The translations under genes and the position numbers were made by a program. DNA of 30,464 nucleotides from assembly GCA_963817385.1 (NCBI GenBank), contig CAWFOM010000011.1:1-30464 (forward strand), given 5' to 3'. This DNA is from an uncultured delta proteobacterium. Its GTDB lineage: Bacteria > Desulfobacterota > Syntrophia > Syntrophales > UBA5619. This document shows, piece by piece, positions 20,184-28,952 of this stretch (its first letter is position 1; every line of letters begins with the position of its first letter). The notes under the pieces are model-generated. The model saw only the letters and a program-made list of their open reading frames with translations, was not told the DNA's origin and searched no databases.

Positions 20184-21214
20184 CAAAGGCCGAAAGAGGG
20201 AAGGCTTTCCCGATGTTTGCCGAGTTTAAGGACTTCACGGAGTGGGTAAGGCCGACGTTGGATCATGCTTTCAGAGCGCATCTGTTCGACCTGACGAATG
20301 ATATTGTTTTCAAGAATGGTGTCTCCTTTGAATCGGCCCTGGCTGGGGGCAAAATGATCAGGGGCTGCCTTTTGTGCCTCATAACCAATTGCCTGGGTGG
20401 CGTCCTCGAAACCGCTATCCCGCGCGCCGTTGCAGTAGAACTCATCCAGGCCGCCTCTCTGCTCCATGATGATTTTGTGGATCAGGATACCGTGCGAAGA
20501 AACCAATCGGCCACCTGGACCCTGGAAGGTGCGCGGCGGACGGTTTTACTCGGGGACCTCATCTTCGCCTCGGCCGTCAAAATGATGGCCGATCTGGGTC
20601 GTGAGGACGGATCAATCATTTCAAGCGCCATTGTCCAGGTGTCGAGGGGAGCCGTTCAGGAGCCCGTTGACCCGCTGGTGCTGGCCAGGGAGATCGAGTC
20701 GAACCGGCTGGACGGCGGCTTCTATGAAAAGATCGTTTCTCTCAAGACGGGCAACTTGTTCGGCGCCGCCTGTCGTCTCGGTGCGATTGCCGCCGGGGCC
20801 GACGAGGCGTTAAAAGAAAGATCGGCGCGCTACGGTCTTCGAATCGGCGAGGCCTATCAGATCGCTGATGATCTCCAGGAAATCGTGCGTATTATGAAAG
20901 TACGTTCCGTCAGTGTAAAGCTGATGGTATCGATTGCACCGGCATGTCTGAATTTTGTCAAAGATGCAAGGGGCCACCTTTTGGCTGCCTTAAGAGAGAG
21001 GGACGGCCTTTTGTCTGACGAACTGTTTGAATGCTTCAAAGTAGCCGTCGTATGCATGGAAGCTGGGATCGAGCGCCGGTTGCGGTCGGCGCTCTCGGAG
21101 ATAGACGCTTATTTCCCGCAGAATGAGCCCGGTCTCCTGGCCCGGCGAGCTCCCTGGGATCTGATCAGAATGTTCAATGATGGTCAGGAGTCATCGCTCC
21201 CAAAGCCTCCTTGA
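20180..21214 (+). CDS. trans-Polyprenyl diphosphate synthase family protein
   Basis: GGKMIRG, VELIQAASLLHDDFVDQDTVRR (FARM), KTGNLF, YQIADDLQE (degenerate SARM). Confidence 0.88.
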   Translation: MTKAERGKAFPMFAEFKDFTEWVRPTLDHAFRAHLFDLTNDIVFKNGVSFESALAGGKMIRGCLLCLITNCLGGVLETAIPRAVAVELIQAASLLHDDFVDQDTVRRNQSATWTLEGARRTVLLGDLIFASAVKMMADLGREDGSIISSAIVQVSRGAVQEPVDPLVLAREIESNRLDGGFYEKIVSLKTGNLFGAACRLGAIAAGADEALKERSARYGLRIGEAYQIADDLQEIVRIMKVRSVSVKLMVSIAPACLNFVKDARGHLLAALRERDGLLSDELFECFKVAVVCMEAGIERRLRSALSEIDAYFPQNEPGLLARRAPWDLIRMFNDGQESSLPKPP

Positions 21215-21257
21215 CAGAAATGAAAACGCGGCGTATTCTGCATGGTAAAGCTTTACC
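21211..21257 (+). promoter_or_regulatory. Sigma70 promoter plus palindromic LacI-type operator (autoregulatory)
   Basis: TTGACA 21211-21216, 17 nt spacer, TATTCT 21234-21239; perfect palindrome GGTAAAGCTTTACC at 21244-21257. Confidence 0.8.
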
Positions 21258-21282
21258 TTACTACCCCCGATGAAAGGTGTTC

Positions 21283-22272
21283 ATGGCAAACATACTGGAT
21301 GTCGCCCTCAAGGCACAAGTCTCTATCGCCACGGTATCGAGGGTGGTCAACAAGAGCGACCACAAGGTGAATCCGGCGACCCGGGAGAAGGTGCTGGCGG
21401 CCATCCGGGAGCTGGACTACCGCCCCAACGCCCTTGCCAAGGGGCTCCTCATGAAAAAGACCATGACCATCGGGATCATCATTCCCGATATCTCCAACCC
21501 CTACTACGCGGAGATCGTCCGGGGGATCCAGGATACGGCCGACCTGGCGGGATACGCGGTCATGCTCCACAACACGGACGGAAAACAGGAGCGGATCATC
21601 CGCCACATCTATCTCCTCCGCGAAAAATCGGCCGACGGCGTGATCTTCTGCGGCGGGATCATCAGCGGGTATGAAACCCTCTCCATCCTGAAGGAGCTCA
21701 AGGAGCGCGTTGTCATGGTCGGCCGCCACGAGGTAGACTTCCCCGCGGTTATGGTCGACAACATGGGGGGGGCCACGCAGGCCGTTCAACACCTGATCGA
21801 TCTCGGCCACCGGCGGATCGGATGCATCGGCGGACCGGACGGCTCCACGACGGCCGCGGATCGCCTGACGGGGTACCGCAACGCCCTGGCCCAAAATGGC
21901 ATGGCGCTCAACGAGCAGCTCGTGAAGCGGGGAACCTGGAATCCGGAGAGCGGCTATCTCCAGGCCAGGGAGCTCTTGGAGGGAGCAGAGAAGCCGACGG
22001 CGATCTTCTCAGCCAACGACCAGATGGCCTTCGGCGTCATCAAGGCGGCCCGGGAACTGGGTTTGAACGTCCCGAGGGACCTGGCGGTGGTGGGGTTCGA
22101 CAATGTTCCCCCAGGTTCCTATTTCGACCCTCCCCTGACGACGGTCGAGATCCCCATGTACGATATTGGCGTTGCTTCCATGCGGATGCTGATCGACCTT
22201 CTTTCCGGGGAACCGTTCGTGAAATTGAGGCTTTTCAATACGAAACTCCTGGTGCGGGGATCGACCGCCTGA
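21283..22272 (+). CDS. LacI-family transcriptional regulator
   Basis: ILDVALKAQVSIATVSRVVN HTH, YRPNALAKGL hinge, PTAIFSANDQMA, VVGFDN, PPLTTV. Confidence 0.95.
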   Translation: MANILDVALKAQVSIATVSRVVNKSDHKVNPATREKVLAAIRELDYRPNALAKGLLMKKTMTIGIIIPDISNPYYAEIVRGIQDTADLAGYAVMLHNTDGKQERIIRHIYLLREKSADGVIFCGGIISGYETLSILKELKERVVMVGRHEVDFPAVMVDNMGGATQAVQHLIDLGHRRIGCIGGPDGSTTAADRLTGYRNALAQNGMALNEQLVKRGTWNPESGYLQARELLEGAEKPTAIFSANDQMAFGVIKAARELGLNVPRDLAVVGFDNVPPGSYFDPPLTTVEIPMYDIGVASMRMLIDLLSGEPFVKLRLFNTKLLVRGSTA

Positions 22273-22288
22273 CGAAGGGGAAAAAATA

Positions 22289-22336
22289 TTGACAAATTTT
22301 TTCTCAGCCGTTATGCTTATGGAAAAGCTTTACCAT
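22289..22336 (+). promoter_or_regulatory. Sigma70 promoter plus second LacI-type operator for the catabolic operon
   Basis: TTGACA 22289-22294, 17 nt spacer, TATGCT 22312-22317; ATGGAAAAGCTTTACCAT at 22319-22336 (one mismatch from a perfect palindrome). Confidence 0.8.
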
Positions 22337-22385
22337 GGACTCGTTAATTGAATAATTGATCACCGAAAGAAAGGAGAATCACCCA

Positions 22386-23279
22386 ATGACAGAACGAAAG
22401 AAGTTTAACCTGGAAGAGATCCCCTGGACGGACATCGCCGCCTCCATCAAGGCCGGCAACGACACCATCATGATCCCCGTCGGCAGCCTCGAGAAACACG
22501 GCCACCATGTCCCCCTGGGAGTCGACTCCTACACCACGCTGGGAAGCGTGGAGCTGGCCGCCAAGAAGGCCAATGTGCTCTACTCGCCGCTGCTCCCCTT
22601 CGGCGTTTCATCCCACCACATGGGCGAACCCGGATGGGGAACGGGCACCATCACCCTCCCCCCCGAAATCTACCGGCAGGTCCTCTATTCGATCGGCCGC
22701 AGTCTGATCTTCGCGGGGTTCAACAAGCTGGTCTTCGTCTCCCACCACGGCACCAACATGGGCTCCCAGGGCGACGCGTTACGGACGCTCAGGGCCGAAA
22801 CCGGCTGTTTCTGCGCCTACTACAAAACCCCCACGGAGCGCGACTGCGCGGTCGTCGCCGACCTGATGACGGGCCCCCCGGAGGAGACTCCCGGCTGGCA
22901 CGCGGGAGAGCTGGAGACCTCCACCACGATGGCCTACATGAAGGAGAAGGGGATCTACGACGGATCGGTCTTCATGGAGCGCGCCAAGGCGGACCGCGCC
23001 CACGCCCCCAAGTGGATGGGACCGGCCTTCACGAAGTCGGACGGCACCAACACCGTCAAGTTCCAGGGCTCCGAAAACATCTTCATCCCGATGCTCCATC
23101 ACGAGTATTCGGATACCGCCACCATCGGCAACCCGCTGCGCTCCAGCGTCGAGCAGGGCAAAGCGGTCTTCGAGCGGATCGGCAACCACCTGGCCGCCTT
23201 CCTGGAAGAGGTGAAGAAATTCGACTTCAAGGTGCCCGATGCAAAGAGGGATTGGCCGGGCCGTTTCTGGAGAGGGTAA
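22386..23279 (+). CDS. Creatininase-family metallohydrolase
   Basis: IPVGSLEKHGHHVPLGVD, GVSSHH, GTITL, SHHGTN, HAGELETS; AAGGAG RBS. Confidence 0.9.
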   Translation: MTERKKFNLEEIPWTDIAASIKAGNDTIMIPVGSLEKHGHHVPLGVDSYTTLGSVELAAKKANVLYSPLLPFGVSSHHMGEPGWGTGTITLPPEIYRQVLYSIGRSLIFAGFNKLVFVSHHGTNMGSQGDALRTLRAETGCFCAYYKTPTERDCAVVADLMTGPPEETPGWHAGELETSTTMAYMKEKGIYDGSVFMERAKADRAHAPKWMGPAFTKSDGTNTVKFQGSENIFIPMLHHEYSDTATIGNPLRSSVEQGKAVFERIGNHLAAFLEEVKKFDFKVPDAKRDWPGRFWRG

Positions 23280-23336
23280 TCAAGGGCGCGACCGCTGGGT
23301 CAACGTTCGCCGGCGGTTTCAGGGAAACGTACGGAA

Positions 23337-24594
23337 ATGAAGCGGAAAAGAAATATTGCCATCCTGGCGACGCTGGATACGAAGGGCGAAGAGGCGGCCT
23401 TAATGCAGGGCCTCCTCCGAACCCTCGGCTACTGCGCCACGTTGATCGATATCGGCCCTCTGGGCCCGCCTCTCGTTCGCCCGGATATCGCAAATGTTGA
23501 GGTGGCCCGCCAGGGGGGAGGGGAACTCTCCGCCCTGGTTCGGACGGGCCGGAGGGATCGGGTTATGGAAACGATGGGGAAAGGGGCGTTGAAGCTCCTT
23601 TCCCTTCTTTATTTTCAGGGAAAGATAGACGGGGTCATCGGCCTGGGAGGGAATCAGGGGACGGCGGTGGCGTCGATGGCGATGCGGGCCTTGCCGTTCG
23701 GGTTTCCGAAATTGCTCGTCTCGACGGTCGCCTCCGGGAACATCCGCCCGTACGTCGGCGAAAAGGACATCGGGATGATCTTTTCGGTGGCCGATTTCCT
23801 TGGAGGTCCCAATCCGGTCACGGCATCGGTCCTCGCCAATGCGGTGGCGGCCGTGGTCGGGATGGCCGAGCACGGGAAGGGAATCGCCGGGGAGCCGGGG
23901 AAGAGGACCATCGCCGTAACCGCCCTGGGGAACACGGAACCCGCCGCAAGCCGGGCGGTAAAAACCCTCCGGGAGAGGGGCTTTCAGGTGATCCCTTTTC
24001 ATGCATCGGGGGCGGGCGGATCGGCCATGGAAGACCTGATCGCCGAAGGCCTGATTCACGGGGTCCTCGATCTGACCCCCCATGAACTCGCCGAGGAGGT
24101 CGTGGGTGCGGGCGCCTATCAGCCCGTCAACCCCGGAAGGTTGAAAACGGCCGGCTCACGGGGCATCCCTCAGGTGGTCTCCACCGGCGGCCTGGAGTAT
24201 CTCTGCTTCGGCCCCCGGGAGTCCATCCCCCTGCGGTTGAGAAAACGGAAGATCACCATGCACAACCCCTTCAACGCCAACGTGAAGATCTCCCGGCGTG
24301 AGATGGCCGAGGTGGGGAGAGTCATGGCCGAGAGGCTCAACGCCGCCAAGGGACCGACGGCGGTTCTGATACCCCTGCAAGGGATGGTCCGTCTACGGCG
24401 CCCCCGGCGGCGTCCTGTACGATGGGACCGGGAACCGGATGCTGAGAGCAGCACTGAAGAACAATCTCAGGAATGATATCGAATTCAGGGAAATCGACGC
24501 CCATATCAACGATGCGTGTTTTGTCGACGCGTGCGTCAATCAACTGATCACTTTTATGGAAGAAAAAAGGAGAAGAGGCCATCATGAGCAATGA
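23337..24594 (+). CDS. Tm-1-like ATP-binding domain protein (UPF0261), frameshift near 24378
   Basis: ATLDTKGEE, GLGGNQGT, LPFGFPKLLVSTVASG, FHASGAGGSAME, VLDLTPHE; second frame continues GWSVYGAPGG...DAHINDACF to TGA 24594. Confidence 0.85.
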
Positions 24595-25190
24595 AATGGA
24601 AATCATCCGCCTGCGGAAAGAGCTCTCCGAGTTTTCCAAGCGCTCGTTCAATCGGGGGCTCGTCAGCGGAACCGGCGGAAACATCAGCGTCCGGATCCCC
24701 GGCACGGACACCGCCCTGATCACCCCGACGGGGATCTGCCTGGGGGATATCGAACCGGAGATCAACCTCCTGATGAAGATCGACGGGACCGTTCTCGAGA
24801 ATCCCTGCGGGCTGAGGCCCTCCAAGGAGACGGCCTTCCACCTGGCGGTCTACCAGCTCCGTCCCGAGGCTGGGGCGGTCGCCCACGTCCACCCCCCCTA
24901 TGCGACAGCCTATTCGAACCGGGTGGAGAGGCTTCCGATGGTCACGGTTTCGGCCCAGGCGGTCCTCAAGGAGGTGCCCCGCATCGAAAGCGCCATGTCG
25001 GGATCGACGGAACTTTACGAGTATGTCAAGGCGGGTCTCCTGAAGCACCCCGCCGCCAGGGTGCTTCTGATGGAGGAACACGGGATCCTGGCGATCGCAC
25101 CGGATCTAAAAACCTCCTACTATCTCTCGGACCTCACGGAGGATACGGCGAGAGATCGCCTTTATCGCCAGCCAGATCAAAACCGGTTAG
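24584..25190 (+). CDS. Class II aldolase/adducin family protein (FucA/AraD/OtnC-like); likely 3' frameshift near 25153
   Basis: GGNISVR, ITPTG, PSKETAFHLAVY, AHVHPPYATA, EEHG. Alternate-frame tail IAFIASQIKTG* ends at 25190; as sequenced the ORF ends at 25204. Confidence 0.85.
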
Positions 25191-25200
25191 GAGGAAAACC

Positions 25201-26326
25201 ATGACAGGGGCAGTTCAAACCAAGACAATCGCCAGTTCCCAAAACCATGAAGGCATGGGTCCTGGATGGTCCCGAACAGTTGCGGCTGGCGGAAAAACCC
25301 GTGCCGGAGCCGGGACCCGCCGAGGTCCTGGTGCGGGTCGACGCGGTGGCCATTTGCGGCACGGACGTGGAGATCATCACCAAGGGACTCCCCGCATGGA
25401 TCCGGGGCGGCCTCCCCTTCAACAAGAATTTCACGCCCGGCCATGAATACATGGGCACCGTGGTCAGGCTCGGGGCGGGCGTGGACGAATACGCCGTCGG
25501 GGATCGCGTCGCGGTCGAGATCCATGCCGGCTGCGGACGCTGCGAACGATGCCGGCAGGGGATGTACACCTCCTGCCTCAACTACGGCCTGAACTACGAC
25601 GACCACAACAAGGGTCACCGGGCCAACGGTTTCACCACGGACGGCGGCTTCGCCCAGTATGCCGTCAACCATGTGAACACCCTGATCCACGTACCCGATG
25701 AGATGAGCGACGAGGAGGCCACGCTGATCGTCACCGCCGGCACGGCCATGTACGGCCTGGACGTCCTGGGCGGCCTGATCGCCGGGGAGAGCCTCGTCGT
25801 CACCGGCCCCGGCCCGATCGGGCTCATGAGCGTGGCGGTGGGAAAGGCCCTGGGCGCCGAACCGGTGATCCTCACGGGGACCCGCGATGCGAGGTTGAAC
25901 CTGGGGCTCAAGCTGGGCGCGGATCATGTGGTCAACGTCGGCAGGGAAAAGGCGGTCGAAGCGGTGAAACGCATCACCGGCGGCAGAGGCGTGCATTACG
26001 TGATGGAGTGTTCCGGCGCGCCCAATGCCTTCAACGAAGCAATGGAGATGGTAAACCGCGGCGGCCGGATCTGCCTGGCCGCCTTCCCCGGGGAACCGGT
26101 CCCCGTGGATCTGGCAAAGCTCGTCCGCAACAACATCTACGTCTATGGGATCCGGGGCGAGGGAAACAGCGCTACCCACCGCGCCGCCGCCCTGATGACC
26201 CAGAAGAAATTCGACGCGAAGCTCATGCATACCCACACCTTCAAGCTGGAGGAGCTCCCGACGGCCTTCAAATACGTCCGGGAGAGAATCGAGGACGCAA
26301 TCAAGGTGGTCATCAAGGTATCATGA
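25201..26326 (+). CDS. Zinc-dependent (MDR) alcohol/polyol dehydrogenase; probable start 25201 with a frameshift near 25230, in-frame ATG at 25247
   Basis: ICGTD, PGHEYMG, CGRCERC...C, GPGPIG. The AGGAGG RBS precedes ATG 25201, while VPKTMKAWVL reads in the main frame. Confidence 0.88.
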
Positions 26327-26378
26327 AAATGATCTGAAAGGCATTATGCACCGAAACATCGTCAGTTAAAGGGGATGC

Positions 26379-27299
26379 ATGGAAAACTTTTCGATTTATA
26401 AATACATGAAACTCGGAATCGTCCACTTCAAGGCCTATCCCGAAGCGACCACCGGGGAAGGTCCGATCGTGGAGACGCTCCGGAAGATCGTGGAGGATGA
26501 CTTCTGGACGGCCGTGGAGGTCGGGTGGATGAAGGACCCCAAGGTGCGGCACGAGGCGACCAAACTTCTGGAGACCTCGCACCTGGAGGTCTGCTACGCG
26601 AACCAGCCCCGGATGTTCACGCTCAAGCTCAACATCAACGACTCTGATCCGAAGGAGCGGAAGAAGGCGATCAGTGCGATGAAAAACGGGGTCGACGAGG
26701 CCTTCCAGCTCGGCGCCTCCTGCATGCGGGTCTTCTCGGGAAAGCACCCCGGGGAAGAGAAAAAGGAGGAGGCCAAGAAGATCCTGATCGATTCCCTCAA
26801 GGAGATCTGCCGGTACACCAAGGAGCAGGGCCCCATGGGGATCTACATGAAGGTCTTCGACTTCGACATCGACAAGTGCTTCCTCATCGGTCATTTTCAG
26901 GATGCTGCGGACGTCGCCGCCGAGGTGAACAAGGAGTTCAGCAACTTCGGCGTCCTGGCCGACCTTTCCCACTTTGGGCTCCTGCGGGAAACCCCCGAGG
27001 AGGCGATTCCCCTGGTGATGAAGTACCCCATGCACTTCCACATCGGGAGCGCCGCCTTCCGCGACAAGCGGCACCCGGGTTACGGGGATCTCCAGCCCCG
27101 GTTCGGCATGCCGGGCGGTGAGGTCGATACCCCTCAGGTGAGGGACTATTTCCGGCTTCTGCTCGACCTGAAGCTCCTCGATCCGGCGAAGAGGCCCGTC
27201 CTCAGCGCGGAAGTGAGACCGCTTCTTGCGGAGGAGACATCGGAAGCCATCATTGCCAACACCAAGCGGGTGATCAAAGAGGCCTGGGCGATGGTATAG
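26379..27299 (+). CDS. Sugar phosphate isomerase/epimerase-like TIM-barrel protein (AP endonuclease 2 family)
   Basis: Alternating beta/alpha pattern; LADLSHF, HFHIGS and SAEVRP metal-site-like motifs; operon context. Confidence 0.65.
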   Translation: MENFSIYKYMKLGIVHFKAYPEATTGEGPIVETLRKIVEDDFWTAVEVGWMKDPKVRHEATKLLETSHLEVCYANQPRMFTLKLNINDSDPKERKKAISAMKNGVDEAFQLGASCMRVFSGKHPGEEKKEEAKKILIDSLKEICRYTKEQGPMGIYMKVFDFDIDKCFLIGHFQDAADVAAEVNKEFSNFGVLADLSHFGLLRETPEEAIPLVMKYPMHFHIGSAAFRDKRHPGYGDLQPRFGMPGGEVDTPQVRDYFRLLLDLKLLDPAKRPVLSAEVRPLLAEETSEAIIANTKRVIKEAWAMV

Positions 27300-27346
27300 C
27301 CCGGCCGGAAAACAACGGATTCAAGATGAGGAAGGGAGAAAGACCT

Positions 27347-28333
27347 ATGAAGAGAATAATCGACATGTTCGGGAGCAGTCGGATCCTCACAACCCTGTTT
27401 CTCATTGCAGCCCTGTCCATTGGGGGGATCGGCACCGCTTCGGCGGAGGATTGGCCCGTAAAGCAGGTGGAGCTGATCAACCCCTTCGCCGCCGGCGCGG
27501 CGGCCGACATCCAGGCCCGGAAACTCGCGGAGATCATCTCCCGGGATCTGGGACAGCCGATGGTGGTGCGCAACGTGCTGGGCGCGGGCGGGGCCATCGC
27601 CTACAACGAAGTGAACCGGGCGAAACCCGACGGGCACACCCTGATCTGGTATTCCGGCGCCATCAACACCCTCGCCGCGAGGAAACAGATCCCTTATGAC
27701 TACACCGCTTTCGAGCCCATCGCCGGGGTCGGCATCGAAACGGTCTCGATCGCCGTGGCCAAGAACGCCCCCTGGAAGGATCTCAAGGAGTTCATCGCCT
27801 ACTGCAAGGCAAACCCCGGCAAGGTCACGATGGGGAACTCCGGGATGGGAAGCGTGACCCACATGGTGCCGGTCGCCATGGCCGCCAAGGCCGGCATCAA
27901 GATCATCCACGTCCCCTTCGGGACGGGGCTGGCGATGGCGGCCCTGATGGGCGGAAAGATCGACTCCTCGAGCCAGCACCCCGCCGAGGTCTTCAACCAG
28001 GTCAAGGCCGGGGAGGTGCGCATCCTGGCGGTGAGCAGCGAAAAACGGATCAACATCTGGCCGGACGTTCCGACGATGAAAGAGTCGGGGGTCGATCTGG
28101 AGTTCGATCAATGGAGGGGCATCGCCGCCCCGAAAGGGACGCCCCAGGCCGTCGTCGACAAATTGAGCCCCCTGGTGAAAAAGGCCGTGGAAAGCAAGGA
28201 ATGGATCGAGTTCGCCTCTTCGCTCGGTTCGACGCCGCGGTATCTTGCCCCGGCGGCGTTCGCAAAGTTCGTCGCCGCAGTCGACAAGGAGACGAGGGAA
28301 ATCATGGAAGGCGCCGGCCTCCTGAAAAAGTGA
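27347..28333 (+). CDS. tctC: Tripartite tricarboxylate transporter substrate-binding protein (Bug/TctC)
   Basis: Signal peptide; WPVK...INPFAAGAAADIQAR, N..GAGG, KPDGHT, PDVPTMKE, WRGIAAPKGTP. Confidence 0.9.
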   Translation: MKRIIDMFGSSRILTTLFLIAALSIGGIGTASAEDWPVKQVELINPFAAGAAADIQARKLAEIISRDLGQPMVVRNVLGAGGAIAYNEVNRAKPDGHTLIWYSGAINTLAARKQIPYDYTAFEPIAGVGIETVSIAVAKNAPWKDLKEFIAYCKANPGKVTMGNSGMGSVTHMVPVAMAAKAGIKIIHVPFGTGLAMAALMGGKIDSSSQHPAEVFNQVKAGEVRILAVSSEKRINIWPDVPTMKESGVDLEFDQWRGIAAPKGTPQAVVDKLSPLVKKAVESKEWIEFASSLGSTPRYLAPAAFAKFVAAVDKETREIMEGAGLLKK

Positions 28334-28344
28334 ACCCCGATTCG

Positions 28345-28374
28345 GCGCCCCCCTTCCGATCCGGGAGGGGGCGC
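28345..28374 (+). other. GC-rich intercistronic hairpin after tctC (probable mRNA-stabilising or attenuating stem)
   Basis: GCGCCCCCCTTCCG-ATC-CGGGAGGGGGCGC; no immediate U-run. Confidence 0.55.
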
Positions 28375-28436
28375 GCACGATTTTCCCCTTACCCCCGACC
28401 TGCCCCGGGGGATCATGGCGGTGCAGAGGCAGATAG

Positions 28437-28937
28437 ATGCCCATGAACCCACGAAAAGAGATCGCCAGCAGCCTCGTGCTGATCCTCTTCAGCACGATCT
28501 TCCTGGTCTACACAACACGGTATCCTCTTGATGATTGGGAAAATCCCGGGCCCGCGGTCTTTCCCCTGATCCTGGGCGGAATCTTGCTGGTCCTGGCCTC
28601 CGGGCAGCTGATCCGCGCTCTCCTGGCGCCGAAAACACCGGGGCGCGGCGGAGGGAAAAGGGGCACGGGATCGATATGCGTGAAGAAATTCCTGCGGGAC
28701 AACAGGGGAGAGGCGAAGGTTATCATCCTGACCGTCATGCTGATCCTGTATATCCTCATGATGCAATGGATCGGTTTTTTCGTCTCCACGTTCCTGCTCG
28801 TCGTCCTCACCAGCAGGCTCATGGAGGCAAAGGACTGGGGAATGCCCATCGCTCTTTCCGCGGGAGTCGGCCTTTTCTGTTATCTCCTCTTCGAGGTCTG
28901 GATCAAGTTGTCCTTTCCGAGGGGCATATTGTTTTAA
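28437..28937 (+). CDS. tctB: Tripartite tricarboxylate transporter small membrane subunit TctB
   Basis: PGPAVFP, IGFFVST, C-terminal F...IKLSFPRG; about four TM segments; sits between tctC and tctA. Confidence 0.88.
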   Translation: MPMNPRKEIASSLVLILFSTIFLVYTTRYPLDDWENPGPAVFPLILGGILLVLASGQLIRALLAPKTPGRGGGKRGTGSICVKKFLRDNRGEAKVIILTVMLILYILMMQWIGFFVSTFLLVVLTSRLMEAKDWGMPIALSAGVGLFCYLLFEVWIKLSFPRGILF

Positions 28938-28952
28938 GGGAGGCTTGTTCCC

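Noticed and set aside
16848..21214. Archaeal-type ether lipid (GGGP/DGGGP) synthesis
   Set aside because: The UbiA protein has MenA-type motifs, and no GGGP synthase or G1P dehydrogenase is present.
16772..21216. CCTTGACA at both ends of the prenyl operon as a possible target-site duplication
   Set aside because: Both copies are explained as -35 boxes; only 8 bp; no integrase or transposase nearby.
22386..23279. Mycofactocin system (MftE-like creatininase)
   Set aside because: No precursor peptide, RRE protein or radical SAM gene in the window.
23337..24594. Anti-phage role by analogy with the tomato Tm-1 virus-resistance protein
   Set aside because: The context is purely metabolic (LacI, aldolase, transporter) with no defence genes.
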